Shown here piece after piece: positions 8,931 to 18,786 of a DNA stretch of 64,000 nucleotides (positions within the stretch are counted from its first letter, which is position 1; each line of letters opens with the position of its first letter). The notes below the pieces were generated by a model. It was not told the DNA's origin, did not search any database, and was given only the letters and a program-made list of their open reading frames with translations. Source of the DNA: Candidatus Latescibacterota bacterium (GTDB taxonomy: Bacteria; Latescibacterota; UBA2968; UBA8231); contig OZ241889.1 in NCBI GenBank assembly GCA_965203355.1, forward strand, positions 3,424,001 through 3,488,000, written 5' to 3'. The position numbers were made by a program, and so were the translations under genes.

Positions 8931-9019
8931 GTCGTGGTTTTTGAAACTTAGCTTTACTCCCGTTGGATCGCCCCGGCTCCACCCCAAGCCCGACCTCAAC
9001 CGTACCACGACAATTGGAG
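8931..9019 (+). repeat. Dispersed MITE-like repeat, copy 2
   Basis: Bounded by the inverted 8-mers GTCGTGGT / ACCACGAC; shares the core with 3384-3490 but has an internal deletion. Confidence 0.75.
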
Positions 9020-9028
9020 GTTGCCCGG

Positions 9029-9679
9029 TCAGCCGCGCAGGTCGGCGATGACGCTGGCTGGGTCTTGAGCACCGAAGATGGCGGAGCCGGCCACTAAGCG
9101 CTGGGCACCAGCACGGCGGCAGGCGGCTGCGTTGCCGGGATGGACGCCGCCGTCGATACCGACGGACACGGATAGCCCTCGGCGCTCGATTTCCGCGCAC
9201 AGATCGCGGATTTTGTCGAGGGCGGTGGGTTGGAAGGGCTGGCCGCCAAATCCCGGCTCCACGGACATGATCAAGGCCGAGTCGAGTTCGTCGAGATGGG
9301 GATAGAGGGCGGAGACAGGCGTTTGGGGGTTGATCGCAAGGCCGCACTGGAGACCGCGCTGGCGGATGGCGCTGAGGACGGCCCGGAGGTCGGATTCGAT
9401 TTCCACGTGGACCACGAGCGAGTCTGCGCCCGCTTCTTTGAAGGGGCCGATAAAGGGCAAAGGGTCTTGCAACATCAGGTGCGTGTCGAGTTCGAGGCGG
9501 GTAGTTTGGCGCACGGCCGCGACGACCGGCAGCCCAAAGCTGATGTTGGGGACGAAGTGCCCGTCCATTACGTCGAGATGGAGAAAGTCAGCCCCGCCGC
9601 GCTCGACGCGGCCGATGTCCTCGGCCAGGCGGGCAAAGTCGGCGGCCAAGAGCGATGGGCCGATGCGCAGGGTGCTCAC
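9029..9679 (-). CDS. rpe: Ribulose-phosphate 3-epimerase
   Basis: PSLLAADF, HLDVMDGHFVPN, MSVEPGFGGQ, DGG and VAGSAIF motifs. GTG start at 9679 with GGAGG upstream. Confidence 0.97.
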   Translation of the reverse strand: MSTLRIGPSLLAADFARLAEDIGRVERGGADFLHLDVMDGHFVPNISFGLPVVAAVRQTTRLELDTHLMLQDPLPFIGPFKEAGADSLVVHVEIESDLRAVLSAIRQRGLQCGLAINPQTPVSALYPHLDELDSALIMSVEPGFGGQPFQPTALDKIRDLCAEIERRGLSVSVGIDGGVHPGNAAACRRAGAQRLVAGSAIFGAQDPASVIADLRG

Positions 9680-10449
9680 GGCTCCTCCCAACGGTCAAAG
9701 GCATCTGGCTTCGGGGGGGGAGCCGCGGCACTGACGACGAGGTCGATGCGGCTGTGACGTGGGATGCGCTGCTCGCTCGTAGGCTCTTGGGCTAGGACCG
9801 TGCCGCTGCGCTTTTGCTCGTCGACGCGCTTGGCGATGTGGCCGATGCGCAACTCGTATTTGCGCAAGGTGTCCGCCACGGCTTTGATGGACAGGCCGAT
9901 TAGATGCGGGACGCGCTTGAGGGCGGTGGGTGGTCCGTTGCTGATTTGGAGATCAACCGCACTATCGCGCGCAAGCTGAGCACCGGCGGGCGGCGACTGC
10001 CCGACGACCGCGCCTTCGGGGAGGGCGTCTGAAGAGCGGTAGAGAATTTGGCCGATCGCTAGCTGGTTTTCCTCTAGTTGCAAACGCGCCTCGCGCAGGC
10101 TAACCCGGCGTACATCGGGCACCTCGTAGTAGCGCGGTCCTTTGCTCACGGTCAAGACGATGCGCCGCCCTTCTTTGACCAACTGGCCGCCACTGGGATC
10201 TTGATCGACGACCGCGGCCGGGGGAACGGTTTCGTGGTGTAGCGAATCGCCGATGGTCATTTTCAGGCCAACTTCTTCGAGCCGGGCCGAGGCTTCGGAC
10301 GCGAAAAGGCCCTGGAGGGTGGGGACTTGGACGCTGGGCGTGTCAACTAAATACGGCATGATGACCACGTCGAGCAGGAGGAGGGCGATGATGCCAGCGG
10401 TAGCAGCACCCGCCGCGAGCAGGCCCAAGTGGCGCAGGATCTTTTTCAC
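9676..10449 (-). CDS. PASTA-domain membrane protein (3 PASTA repeats)
   Basis: N-terminal TM helix, then three VPxLxG...QxP..G..V...S.G repeats. Start trimmed to GTG at 10449. Confidence 0.88.
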   Translation of the reverse strand: MKKILRHLGLLAAGAATAGIIALLLLDVVIMPYLVDTPSVQVPTLQGLFASEASARLEEVGLKMTIGDSLHHETVPPAAVVDQDPSGGQLVKEGRRIVLTVSKGPRYYEVPDVRRVSLREARLQLEENQLAIGQILYRSSDALPEGAVVGQSPPAGAQLARDSAVDLQISNGPPTALKRVPHLIGLSIKAVADTLRKYELRIGHIAKRVDEQKRSGTVLAQEPTSEQRIPRHSRIDLVVSAAAPPPKPDAFDRWEEP

Positions 10450-11765
10450 GATGGGCAACGCTTTGTGATGCGCGCGGCAAAACTGCCGTCGTGGCCGTGT
10501 CGGCCCGGTATGGTCAGAACGTAGCGCCCAGCCCAAGGTTGGGCCGGGAAGTGCGTGTCGGCGCGCTCTAGCTGTGCCGTTGGGGTTTGCTTTAAGAAGC
10601 ACTCGACAATGGCCTCGTTTTCCTCCTCTTCCAAGCTACAGGTGCTATACACCAAGACGCCGCCGGGGCGCAGGTGCTCGTAAGCGCGTTGGATGAGTAC
10701 CTGTTGCCGCGTGGTCAATGCGGCTAACTCGGTGGGTTTGCGCCGCCAGCGGGCGTCTGGTCGCCGTCCGAGTACGCCCGTGGTGCTACAGGGCACATCG
10801 GCGAGGACGCGGTCGAAGGTGCCGCACCCAGGGGTCGTGCCGTCGCGGGCTATGGGGCGGATGGCCCGCAGCCGCAAGCGTTGGACGTTCTCGCGCACCC
10901 GCTTCAGGCGCGACAGCGAAATGTCGGCTGCTACGACCCAGCCGCGGTCGGCCATGGCGATGGCCGCTTGCACGGCTTTGCCGCCGGGTGCGCTGCACAG
11001 GTCGAGTAGGCGTTCGCCCGGCTGGGGGTCGAGCAGGGCCACGGCCAAGCCGGCGTTGGGGTCTTGGACTTGAAACTGCCCTTGCTGGTATGCGCGTGAG
11101 GCAAAGAGGTCCGCGCCGTTTGTCGCTCGATAAAAGCCCGGCCTCGCCTCGACTGGGACTAGGTCGAGTTCAGCGGCGGTTGCGCGGCTAGCGCGCAGCG
11201 AATTGAGATAGATGTTGAGCGGGGCGGGCTGGTTGTTGGCCGCGAGCAAAGGTTCGGCGATTGCGCGGCCCCAGCGGCGGACCCAGCGCTCGACCAACCA
11301 TTCGGGATGGGAATGGTACACCGCTAGGTAGCGCGTCAGGGTCTGCTGCTGATCGGGGTAGCTTATCCGCGTGCGTTGGCGCAGCAAGTTGCGGAGCACG
11401 GCATTGACTAGCGACGCGACGCCTTGGTGCGCCAAGTGCTTGGCTAGCTCGACCGAGGTATGGACGGCTGCGGACTGGGGTACGCGGTCGAGCCAGAAGA
11501 GTTGATAGGTGCCGAGGCGCAGGATGTGGCGCGCCCAAGGCGAGAGTTGGGCGACCGGACGCGCACAACAGGTGGCGATGATCCAATCGAGCCGCTTCTG
11601 CCACCGCACCACCCCGAGGACTAGCTGGCGGGCGAAGCGCACGTCGCGGTTGATCGGCAAGCGGGCGTCGAGTGCTCGCAGCAGTTCGTCGAAAGGGCGG
11701 GCTTGCTGCTCTAGGTCGCGGAGGAGGCGTACCGCCGCCAGGCGGGCTGGATCGGAAAAACGCAC
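10446..11765 (-). CDS. rsmB: 16S rRNA (cytosine967-C5)-methyltransferase RsmB/Sun
   Basis: NusB-like N-terminus, SHPEWLV, DLCSAPGGK, DVPCS and YSTCS motifs. Confidence 0.93.
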   Translation of the reverse strand: MRFSDPARLAAVRLLRDLEQQARPFDELLRALDARLPINRDVRFARQLVLGVVRWQKRLDWIIATCCARPVAQLSPWARHILRLGTYQLFWLDRVPQSAAVHTSVELAKHLAHQGVASLVNAVLRNLLRQRTRISYPDQQQTLTRYLAVYHSHPEWLVERWVRRWGRAIAEPLLAANNQPAPLNIYLNSLRASRATAAELDLVPVEARPGFYRATNGADLFASRAYQQGQFQVQDPNAGLAVALLDPQPGERLLDLCSAPGGKAVQAAIAMADRGWVVAADISLSRLKRVRENVQRLRLRAIRPIARDGTTPGCGTFDRVLADVPCSTTGVLGRRPDARWRRKPTELAALTTRQQVLIQRAYEHLRPGGVLVYSTCSLEEEENEAIVECFLKQTPTAQLERADTHFPAQPWAGRYVLTIPGRHGHDGSFAARITKRCPS

Positions 11766-11768
11766 GGC

Positions 11769-12977
11769 TCAGCGCAAGAGGAGCATGGCGCGGTGTAACT
11801 CGGCCGAAGCCGTGCGCAGGCGGTATATGTAGAGGCCGCTGGCCGCGGGTGCGCCGGTTGCCGACTGGCTATCCCAGTGGACCACGTGCCGCCCTGGGGG
11901 GGTGCTCGCCGCAAAGGGCGTGGCCACCTTTTGACCTATTAGGTTGAAGATGTCGATCTGGGCAAACTGAGCGCCGCCGCCGGGGATGGCGAAGGGGATA
12001 GTGGTGCCGGCGTTGAAGGGATTGGGGTAGTTCTGCGCGAGGATGAGGTCGCGCGGCAGCGCGAAGCCGGACGGCTCTGAAACGGACGTGGGAAGGTCTC
12101 CCCATACTACTCGGTTTTCGGCGCACGAGCCTTCGGCGCAGGTCTTGAAAATGAGCGTGGTCGCCTGTTCGGCGTCGAGGAGCAGATAGGTCTGGCCGCG
12201 CTCATCGCTAGTGGTCGTCACCTGCTGGGTTGCGCCGGCCGGGATGGGGATGGCCTCGTCGTTGACGAGTGCGTATGCCGGCCCGGTGCCGGGATTGGTA
12301 ACGTCCCAAGTAAAAGACGCGCCAGGGCGGAAGTGTCCAGTTTGCAAGAGGCGCGCCGACACGAGGATTTCGCCGGCGCTGCTGTCGGCCACGCTGCCGG
12401 TACCGGCCGCAGAAAAGGAGGGGTTTTGCCCGACCGAGCGAAAGAAAATGCCATCCGGCAAAGCCTGCCCGTCGCCATCGCAGTAATTGCGCAAGAACGC
12501 GACTTGGGGGCGGATGTCGTCGCGCTCATTAAAGGAAGGCCCGATCGACACCACGTCGAGGTAGATGTCTATGGGTGTGGTGGGGCTGATAGAGTCGGCC
12601 AAGGTGAAAGCCATGCTGACGAGATGGCCCTCGCCCTCTATCCCGGCCCCGCCGAGGGTCGCGATGCCCCATTGAGCGGTTTGGCCTTTTATCTGCGGTG
12701 GCCCCGGAGCGACAAAGGAATTGGCCCGCGCTGTCTCGCCTAGTGCGCCCGCGATGGAGGCGATCGCGTTGGCAGGTTCCCAGCTAAATTCTAACTTGAC
12801 TTGGCGTACGCCGCTCATGTTGCGTGCCGAGACGCTGAACTCCACCGTGCTATCGGCGACAAACCCGCAAAAAGGACCTTCTTCACCAATGAAGATTTCG
12901 GCCTCTGCATTGGGACCAGCGGCCGCGAGGCCAGGCAACGCGATGGCGCCGAGGAGGGCTATATAGCAGAGTAGCAT
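11769..12977 (-). CDS. Secreted protein with cohesin-like N-terminal region and FlgD/T9SS-A-like C-terminal domain
   Basis: Signal peptide and C-terminal LAQNYPNPFNAGTTIPF...ASGLYIYRL...MLLLR. Confidence 0.8.
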   Translation of the reverse strand: MLLCYIALLGAIALPGLAAAGPNAEAEIFIGEEGPFCGFVADSTVEFSVSARNMSGVRQVKLEFSWEPANAIASIAGALGETARANSFVAPGPPQIKGQTAQWGIATLGGAGIEGEGHLVSMAFTLADSISPTTPIDIYLDVVSIGPSFNERDDIRPQVAFLRNYCDGDGQALPDGIFFRSVGQNPSFSAAGTGSVADSSAGEILVSARLLQTGHFRPGASFTWDVTNPGTGPAYALVNDEAIPIPAGATQQVTTTSDERGQTYLLLDAEQATTLIFKTCAEGSCAENRVVWGDLPTSVSEPSGFALPRDLILAQNYPNPFNAGTTIPFAIPGGGAQFAQIDIFNLIGQKVATPFAASTPPGRHVVHWDSQSATGAPAASGLYIYRLRTASAELHRAMLLLR

Positions 12978-13238
12978 GCCCTTTACCTAAGTGATTGAGT
13001 TGGGAAAATACAGCGAGTAAATGTACGCAACGCTAGCGTCTAGGCAAGCGCACCGGCCCGGCCTTGAGCGGTTTTTGTGATGGTCTAAGCGGCACCAGAC
13101 AATACATTCAGAATCGAGTTACGGGCCAGGTGCTGCGCGTCCATCCCAGCCGCCATGCGCTCGACTTTTCGGGGCGAACAGACCGGGGCGGGTGGGTCGC
13201 TCGTCGGGTGCTTTTATGTGCGCGGGGATGCGGTGTGA

Positions 13239-13266
13239 CTGACCACTGACCACTGGCTACTGACCA
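13239..13266. repeat. Heptamer repeat (CTGACCA)n, 4 units
   Basis: ctgacca ctgacca ctggcta ctgacca; same unit as at 8521 and 32951. Confidence 0.7.
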
Positions 13267-13459
13267 CCTGCTTTTACGAGACGTTTCTAAAGCGGCCAGA
13301 AAGTGTTATGCTATTTCATGGCCGATGTTGGGATTTTCACCCAAGCGAAATCGGCCCAATTACCCGATACCCCTTTTCATTATAGTGCTTGTAGTGTATC
13401 GCGAAAAATTTGACGCAGCCATCCTCGGAGCCTTGTCGCTCCGCCTGACCTAAATACGT

Positions 13460-15139
13460 ATGCGCCGTTATCCCGTCTGGAATGTCCTTTGCGACGATCC
13501 GTACGACAGCTTGATCGATGCCCTGCTCGCCAGCCGCGGCCTGACCCGCGCCGAATTGCAAGTCGGTCCTGAAGCCCTGCATCCGCCCGAGCAAATGCAG
13601 GACATGGGCACTGCGGTGGCGCGTCTAGAACGCGCCGTGCGTAAGCGCGAGAAGATCGTCGTGTACGGCGATTACGATGTCGATGGGATTTGCAGCACCG
13701 CCGTGCTGATGGATTTTCTCGAGCGCGTGGGGGCCGACTGCGATTGCCTGTTGCCCGATCGCCACAAGGACGGATATGGCCTCGAGCCGCCAGGGGTCGA
13801 GCGTGCCATAGCAAAGGGCGCGTGCGTCATCGTCACGGTTGACAATGGCATCTCGGCCTACAAAGCCCTAGCGTTGGCTGAGATGCGCGGCGTGGAGGTC
13901 GTCGTCGTCGATCACCACCAGCAGCTCGCCGAACTACCGCGCGCGCTTGCCATCGTCAACCCCAATCGCCGCGATTGCGCGTATCCGTTCAAGGGCTTGG
14001 CCGGCGTCGGCGTCACCTTCAAGCTAGTGCAGGCCCTCAGCACAGCCTTTCTCGCCGGGGAGGAGCGCCGCCGCTATCTCAACGAACTGCTCGACCTCGT
14101 GGCCTTGGGAACGGTGGCCGATCTCGTGCCCGTGCTGGGGGAAAATCGCCTGTTTATCCAGCGCGGCCTGCAGATCTTCCAGCACACCAAACGCTTCGGG
14201 CTGCGCGCGCTCAAGCAGGTGGCCAGCTACCGGGACCAGCCCCTCGATGCTGCCAGCTTGGGTTTTCGCTTGGGCCCGCGGATCAATGTCGCGGGTCGTT
14301 TGAAGACGCCCGATATAGCACTGCGGCTTTTGCGTTCGACAAGCGAGGGGGAGGCTGCGCCGTTGGCCGACGAACTCAATCGGCTCAATTCCCAGCGGCA
14401 GGCGTGGCAGCGCGAGGGCATACGGGAGGTCGAGGAACAGGTCGGCTCGGAAGAGGATGTGGCGGATCGCATCATCGTGGTGCTGGGGGAGTGGAATTTG
14501 GGAATCATCGGCCTGTTGGCCAGTACGTTGTGCGAAAAATACGCCCGCCCCGCCGTCGTGTGTAGCCAAAGCGGCGCCCACGGCCTCTGCGTCGGCTCGG
14601 CGCGGAGCATCCCGGGCTACGACATCAGCGCTGGCATCCACGCCTGCCAAGAACACTTGCAGAAGCACGGCGGCCATCCGGCGGCCGCGGGTTTTTCGCT
14701 CGCCGTGGATGCCTTTGAGCGCTTTCGCCTCGCGCTGACCGATCACGCCAACGCCCACATTAGCACCGAGGACCTGCAACCGGCCTTGGACATTGACTTG
14801 ATGCTCAACCCGGTCGATTTGACGCTGGACACGGTGGAACAACTCGCCACGCTAGAGCCTTTTGGCACCGGCCTTCGGCGGCCGGTTTTTGCCCTGGCGG
14901 ACTGTCGGGTCGTTTGGGCGCGGCAGATCGGCACCGATGGTCGCCACTTCAAGGCCGAATTGGAGGTAGAAGGTCGCCGCTGTGTGGCGCTGTGGTGGAA
15001 CCAAAAAAACCTCGCGGATCAGGTGCGGCCGGGCGACCGGCTGAGTGCGGCTTTCGAGTTGGAGGTAGATACCTATGCGGGCGATGGTGCCGTGCAGATG
15101 GTGCTCAAGGATTTGTACTTGCAGGAGTCGGTAGCCTAG
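13460..15139 (+). CDS. recJ: Single-stranded-DNA-specific exonuclease RecJ
   Basis: YGDYDVDG, TVDNG, DHH, LGTVAD, GSARS and GGHPAAAG motifs. Confidence 0.96.
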   Translation: MRRYPVWNVLCDDPYDSLIDALLASRGLTRAELQVGPEALHPPEQMQDMGTAVARLERAVRKREKIVVYGDYDVDGICSTAVLMDFLERVGADCDCLLPDRHKDGYGLEPPGVERAIAKGACVIVTVDNGISAYKALALAEMRGVEVVVVDHHQQLAELPRALAIVNPNRRDCAYPFKGLAGVGVTFKLVQALSTAFLAGEERRRYLNELLDLVALGTVADLVPVLGENRLFIQRGLQIFQHTKRFGLRALKQVASYRDQPLDAASLGFRLGPRINVAGRLKTPDIALRLLRSTSEGEAAPLADELNRLNSQRQAWQREGIREVEEQVGSEEDVADRIIVVLGEWNLGIIGLLASTLCEKYARPAVVCSQSGAHGLCVGSARSIPGYDISAGIHACQEHLQKHGGHPAAAGFSLAVDAFERFRLALTDHANAHISTEDLQPALDIDLMLNPVDLTLDTVEQLATLEPFGTGLRRPVFALADCRVVWARQIGTDGRHFKAELEVEGRRCVALWWNQKNLADQVRPGDRLSAAFELEVDTYAGDGAVQMVLKDLYLQESVA

Positions 15140-15168
15140 AGCGCCCGGCGAAATTGGAGAATGCAAAC

Positions 15169-16377
15169 GTGATAAGTTCCCAGTACACGCAGGAATTGTG
15201 CATCCGGGATAGCGACGCCAAGATCGTCCTCCTGGTCGTCGATGGCTTAGGCGGGTTGCCGCATCCCGCCACGGGCAAGTCCGAGCTGGAGACGGCCCAG
15301 TTGCCCAACTTAGACGCGCTGGCCAAGGGGGGCACCTGCGGCCTGCTCTCGCCGTTAGGGGGCGGCTTTACTCCGGGCAGTGGCCCGGCTCATTTGGCTC
15401 TTTTTGGCTACGATCCTTGGCAGAACCAGATCGGTCGCGGTGCTCTTTCGGCGCTTGGCTTGGGGCTGGACTTTGCCCCCGGCGACGTGGCGGCGCGTCT
15501 CAACTTTTGCACGGTAGATGCGGCGGGCCGAGTCTGCGACCGCCGCGCTGGCCGCATCCCCACGGAAAAAGGTCGCCAGCTCTGCGAAGTGTTGAGAGAA
15601 ATCCGAGTGCCCGGGGTGGAGGTGCAGGTCGCCGCTGAGATGGAGTATCGCGCGGGCGTGGTGTTTCGCGGCGCGGGCTTGGGCGACCAAGTCTCGGATT
15701 CGGACCCGCAGGTGACGGGCGTATCGCCCAAGCCGCTGACGGCGCTCGCGCCCGCTGCCGAGCGCACCGTCGAAGTGGCCAATGCCTTTTTAGCGCAAGC
15801 CGCTGTATTGCTCGCCGACGAGCATCCGGCCAACATGGTGTTGCTGCGGGGGTTTGGTCGCTATCCAGAGCTGGCGTCAATGGACGAGGCGTACGGGCTG
15901 AAGGCGCTGGGCATTGCTGGGTATCCCATGTATCGCGGCGTGGCCGGTGCCGTGGGCATGGATGTCGAAGCGGTCGGTTGGGACCTCGAATCCGAATTCT
16001 CGGTGCTCGAAAGCCGCTATGCGGACTACGACTTTTTCTACGTTCACGTCAAGAAGACCGACAGCGCGGGCGAGGACGGCGACTTCGACTTGAAGGTGCG
16101 GCTGCTGGCGGAGTTGGATGCCTACATTCCGAGGTTGCTCGCGCTGCAACCCGAGGTGCTCATCGTCACCGGCGACCACTCGACCCCGTCCATTATGCGC
16201 AGCCACAGTTGGCACCCCGTGCCCACGGTCATCGCTGGCCCGTGGGCGTTGGCCGACGCGGCCGATGAATTTTCTGAACGCGGTTGCAGCGCCGGCTGTC
16301 TCGGAATCGCGCCGTCCACTAGCTTGATGGCACTCGCTTTGGCCCACGCGCGCCGGCTCGACAAGTTCGGTGCTTGA
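15169..16377 (+). CDS. apgM: 2,3-bisphosphoglycerate-independent phosphoglycerate mutase (ApgM/archaeal type)
   Basis: VDGLGG, TPGSGPAHLALFGYDP, DRRAGRI and TGDHSTP...HSWHPVP motifs. GTG start trimmed. Confidence 0.92.
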   Translation: MISSQYTQELCIRDSDAKIVLLVVDGLGGLPHPATGKSELETAQLPNLDALAKGGTCGLLSPLGGGFTPGSGPAHLALFGYDPWQNQIGRGALSALGLGLDFAPGDVAARLNFCTVDAAGRVCDRRAGRIPTEKGRQLCEVLREIRVPGVEVQVAAEMEYRAGVVFRGAGLGDQVSDSDPQVTGVSPKPLTALAPAAERTVEVANAFLAQAAVLLADEHPANMVLLRGFGRYPELASMDEAYGLKALGIAGYPMYRGVAGAVGMDVEAVGWDLESEFSVLESRYADYDFFYVHVKKTDSAGEDGDFDLKVRLLAELDAYIPRLLALQPEVLIVTGDHSTPSIMRSHSWHPVPTVIAGPWALADAADEFSERGCSAGCLGIAPSTSLMALALAHARRLDKFGA

Positions 16378-17227
16378 GATGATCGCGCCTCTGCGCATTG
16401 CCCATCGCGGCGCGTCTGGTCCGGGGTTGGCACCCGAGAACACCTTGGCCGCTTGCGAAAAGGCACTCCAGATCGGCGTTGACATACTCGAAATCGACGT
16501 GCGCGCCACCCGCGACGGCCAAGTCGTGGTCCTACACGACGCAACCCTTGATCGGACCACCGATGGCACCGGCCTAGTCGCCCATCTCTTGGGCGAGGAA
16601 GTGCGCCAATTCGATGCGGGCCGCTGGTTTAGCGCAGATTTTGCTGGCGAGCGCGTACCCTTGCTCGAAGACGTACTCGACTTGGCGCGGAACCAAGCCC
16701 TCGTACTGATAGAGATCAAAGCCGACGGCATGGCCGAGCGCGTCCTACAGGTGATTGAAGCGGCCCATGCGGTCGAGCGCGTCATGGTGCAGGCGTTCAA
16801 TCCGCAAACCGTCCGGCGACTCAACTTGCTCGCGCCGACCTTGCCCACCGCGCTGTTGGTCGGTCAGTTGCCGACGACGCCCTCGCGAGTGCGGGCGCGC
16901 CGCCTCGTGCGCCAAGTGCTGCGCGTGGGGGCCAACGCGCTGGCCATGTGGTACGCGGCATTAACCCCGCCCTTCCTCGAAGAGATGCGCCAGCGAGGCA
17001 TTGCGGTCTGGGCTTGGACCGTTGACGAGGATATTGCCATGCGCGACCTGGCGACGATGGGGGTGCAGGGGATCATCACCAATCGGCCAGACCAGCTGAA
17101 TCGAGTGCTCGACGAACTGGTCGCCGACGGGCCCCTGGGGCCGCCGTTGGGCCGGCGCATCAAGCGCAGTCGCTGGGGTCGCCGCCGCCAATGGCGCAAG
17201 CTCCAAGCGGCCAGGCGGGGCCGCTGA
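16370..17227 (+). CDS. Glycerophosphodiester phosphodiesterase family protein
   Basis: IAHRGAS..APENT, EIDV, HDATLDRTT, IEIK, WTVD and GIITNRP motifs. Confidence 0.93.
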   Translation: MLEMIAPLRIAHRGASGPGLAPENTLAACEKALQIGVDILEIDVRATRDGQVVVLHDATLDRTTDGTGLVAHLLGEEVRQFDAGRWFSADFAGERVPLLEDVLDLARNQALVLIEIKADGMAERVLQVIEAAHAVERVMVQAFNPQTVRRLNLLAPTLPTALLVGQLPTTPSRVRARRLVRQVLRVGANALAMWYAALTPPFLEEMRQRGIAVWAWTVDEDIAMRDLATMGVQGIITNRPDQLNRVLDELVADGPLGPPLGRRIKRSRWGRRRQWRKLQAARRGR

Positions 17228-17235
17228 GATCGCAG

Positions 17236-17442
17236 ATGCTCTACACCTTATTGGCGGTATTGCTGCTGGTTGTCGTGGTGCTGAAGTTCTGGTCGCCTTG
17301 GGGCCAGCGCTGCCCTCAGTGCCAAACGCGCCGGGAGGATGCGGAATATCCCTTGTGTCCGAATTGCGGGTGGATTTACGAAGTGCCTGGGGAAGAAGAC
17401 GATGATTTTGCGCAGGACGCCGACGAAAACGCGAAATTCTGA
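17236..17442 (+). CDS. Small membrane-anchored zinc-ribbon protein
   Basis: Hydrophobic N-terminus, CPQC...CPNC and an acidic tail. Confidence 0.7.
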   Translation: MLYTLLAVLLLVVVVLKFWSPWGQRCPQCQTRREDAEYPLCPNCGWIYEVPGEEDDDFAQDADENAKF

Positions 17443-17558
17443 AGGGGGTGCCGCTGCGCTGTCGCGCCCTGTTTGCGCTTGACAATACCTTGTACTTCCC
17501 TTTAGATTGTCTCTGATATTATAGAGGTACAGAACGTTCAAACTCAGGAAGGTGAACC

Positions 17559-18182
17559 ATGAAAATGCGGGCAATATCGCTGTTTGTCGCCGTCGCGGTT
17601 TTGGCCGGCTGCGACGACCCTCCCACAGCCGAACTCGACGCAGCCAAGCAAGCCCTTGACGCGGCTCGGGCTGCCGACGCCGAGCGCTTTGCCGCCAGCG
17701 AGTACTCGGCGGCGCAACGTGCGTACAGCGAAGCCGAGACAACGACCCAAACCGAAGACGAGCGTTTTTTCTTTTTCAAGAACTTTGAGCAGGCGCGGGC
17801 GCAAATCGCCGATGCCAAGAGCAAGGCCACACAGGCCGAGTCGGCCGCGCATGCCGAAAAGGAACGCCAGCATGCGGCCGCTGAAGCCGTGATTGCCGCG
17901 GCCCAAGACGCGATCACCGCCGCATACACTAGCCTAGAGGAAGCGCCGTCCGGCAAGGGCACAGAAGCCGATATTGAGGCCCTGCAAGCCGAGTTAAGTG
18001 CCGCCGAAGCCGATATAGACGCGGCCAAAGCCGCACTGGACAGCGAGAATTTCTCCAATGCTGAGTCCCTCGCCGGCAACGCGGATCTGAAGGCTACCGA
18101 GGTCGCCGACGGTGTGATAGTGGCCGTGGACAAATACCACGCGCTAGTCGAGAAGATGCGCCCTTGGTACGAGCGCTTCTGA
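17559..18182 (+). CDS. Ala-rich helical lipoprotein (DUF4398-like)
   Basis: Lipobox LAGC and PTAELDAAKQALDAARAADAERFA repeats. Preceded by a TTGACA-N18-TAGATT promoter-like site (17479-17508). Confidence 0.8.
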   Translation: MKMRAISLFVAVAVLAGCDDPPTAELDAAKQALDAARAADAERFAASEYSAAQRAYSEAETTTQTEDERFFFFKNFEQARAQIADAKSKATQAESAAHAEKERQHAAAEAVIAAAQDAITAAYTSLEEAPSGKGTEADIEALQAELSAAEADIDAAKAALDSENFSNAESLAGNADLKATEVADGVIVAVDKYHALVEKMRPWYERF

Positions 18183-18192
18183 GCGTGCGCCC

Positions 18193-18786
18193 TTGCGTGC
18201 TTCAATCACAGGCGGCCGGGAATTGCTCCCGGTCGCCTTATTTTTTTTCGCGCTGCTGTGGGCCTCCCCGGCGGCGCATGCGTCCGCGCTCTGGTTGGAA
18301 CATCAGCGCCTATTGCAAGCCGTTGAGCACCACGCGCTAGCTACGCCCTACATCGTCATTAATACCCAAGACAATCTAGTCCTGCTCCGCGACGGAGAGC
18401 AGGTGTTGCGCCAAGCCGCTTGTGCAACGGGCAGCGGGCGCAAACTCGAAGGGGCCAAGCGGTGGCATCGCTGGACCTTCGACACCCCCAAAGGCCGCTT
18501 TGCCATCCGCCGCAAAGTCGCCGATCCCCTGTGGACTCGGCCGACTTGGTACTTTATCGAAAACGACGAGGAGATCCCCATTTTCGCCGAAGATCCGCGG
18601 CGATTCCAACGCGGGGTCTTGGGCGCGTACGCCTTGTACTTCCTCGAGGATTTTATGATTCACGGTACGCTCTTTGAAATCAACTTGGGCAAGAGCATCA
18701 CCCACGGCTGCGTCCGGCTGGGCAGCGAGGACTTGGAATACCTGTACGAAGCCGTCGAAATCGGCTGGCCGGTCTTTATCTACTGA
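18193..18786 (+). CDS. L,D-transpeptidase (YkuD family)
   Basis: TPKGRF and catalytic IHGT...THGCVRL motif. Confidence 0.92.
   Translation: MRASITGGRELLPVALFFFALLWASPAAHASALWLEHQRLLQAVEHHALATPYIVINTQDNLVLLRDGEQVLRQAACATGSGRKLEGAKRWHRWTFDTPKGRFAIRRKVADPLWTRPTWYFIENDEEIPIFAEDPRRFQRGVLGAYALYFLEDFMIHGTLFEINLGKSITHGCVRLGSEDLEYLYEAVEIGWPVFIY

Noticed and set aside
9713-9720. G8 tract in the PASTA gene and G8 near 63767 in the helicase
   Set aside because: Short, in frame and not conserved elsewhere; expected in GC-rich DNA.
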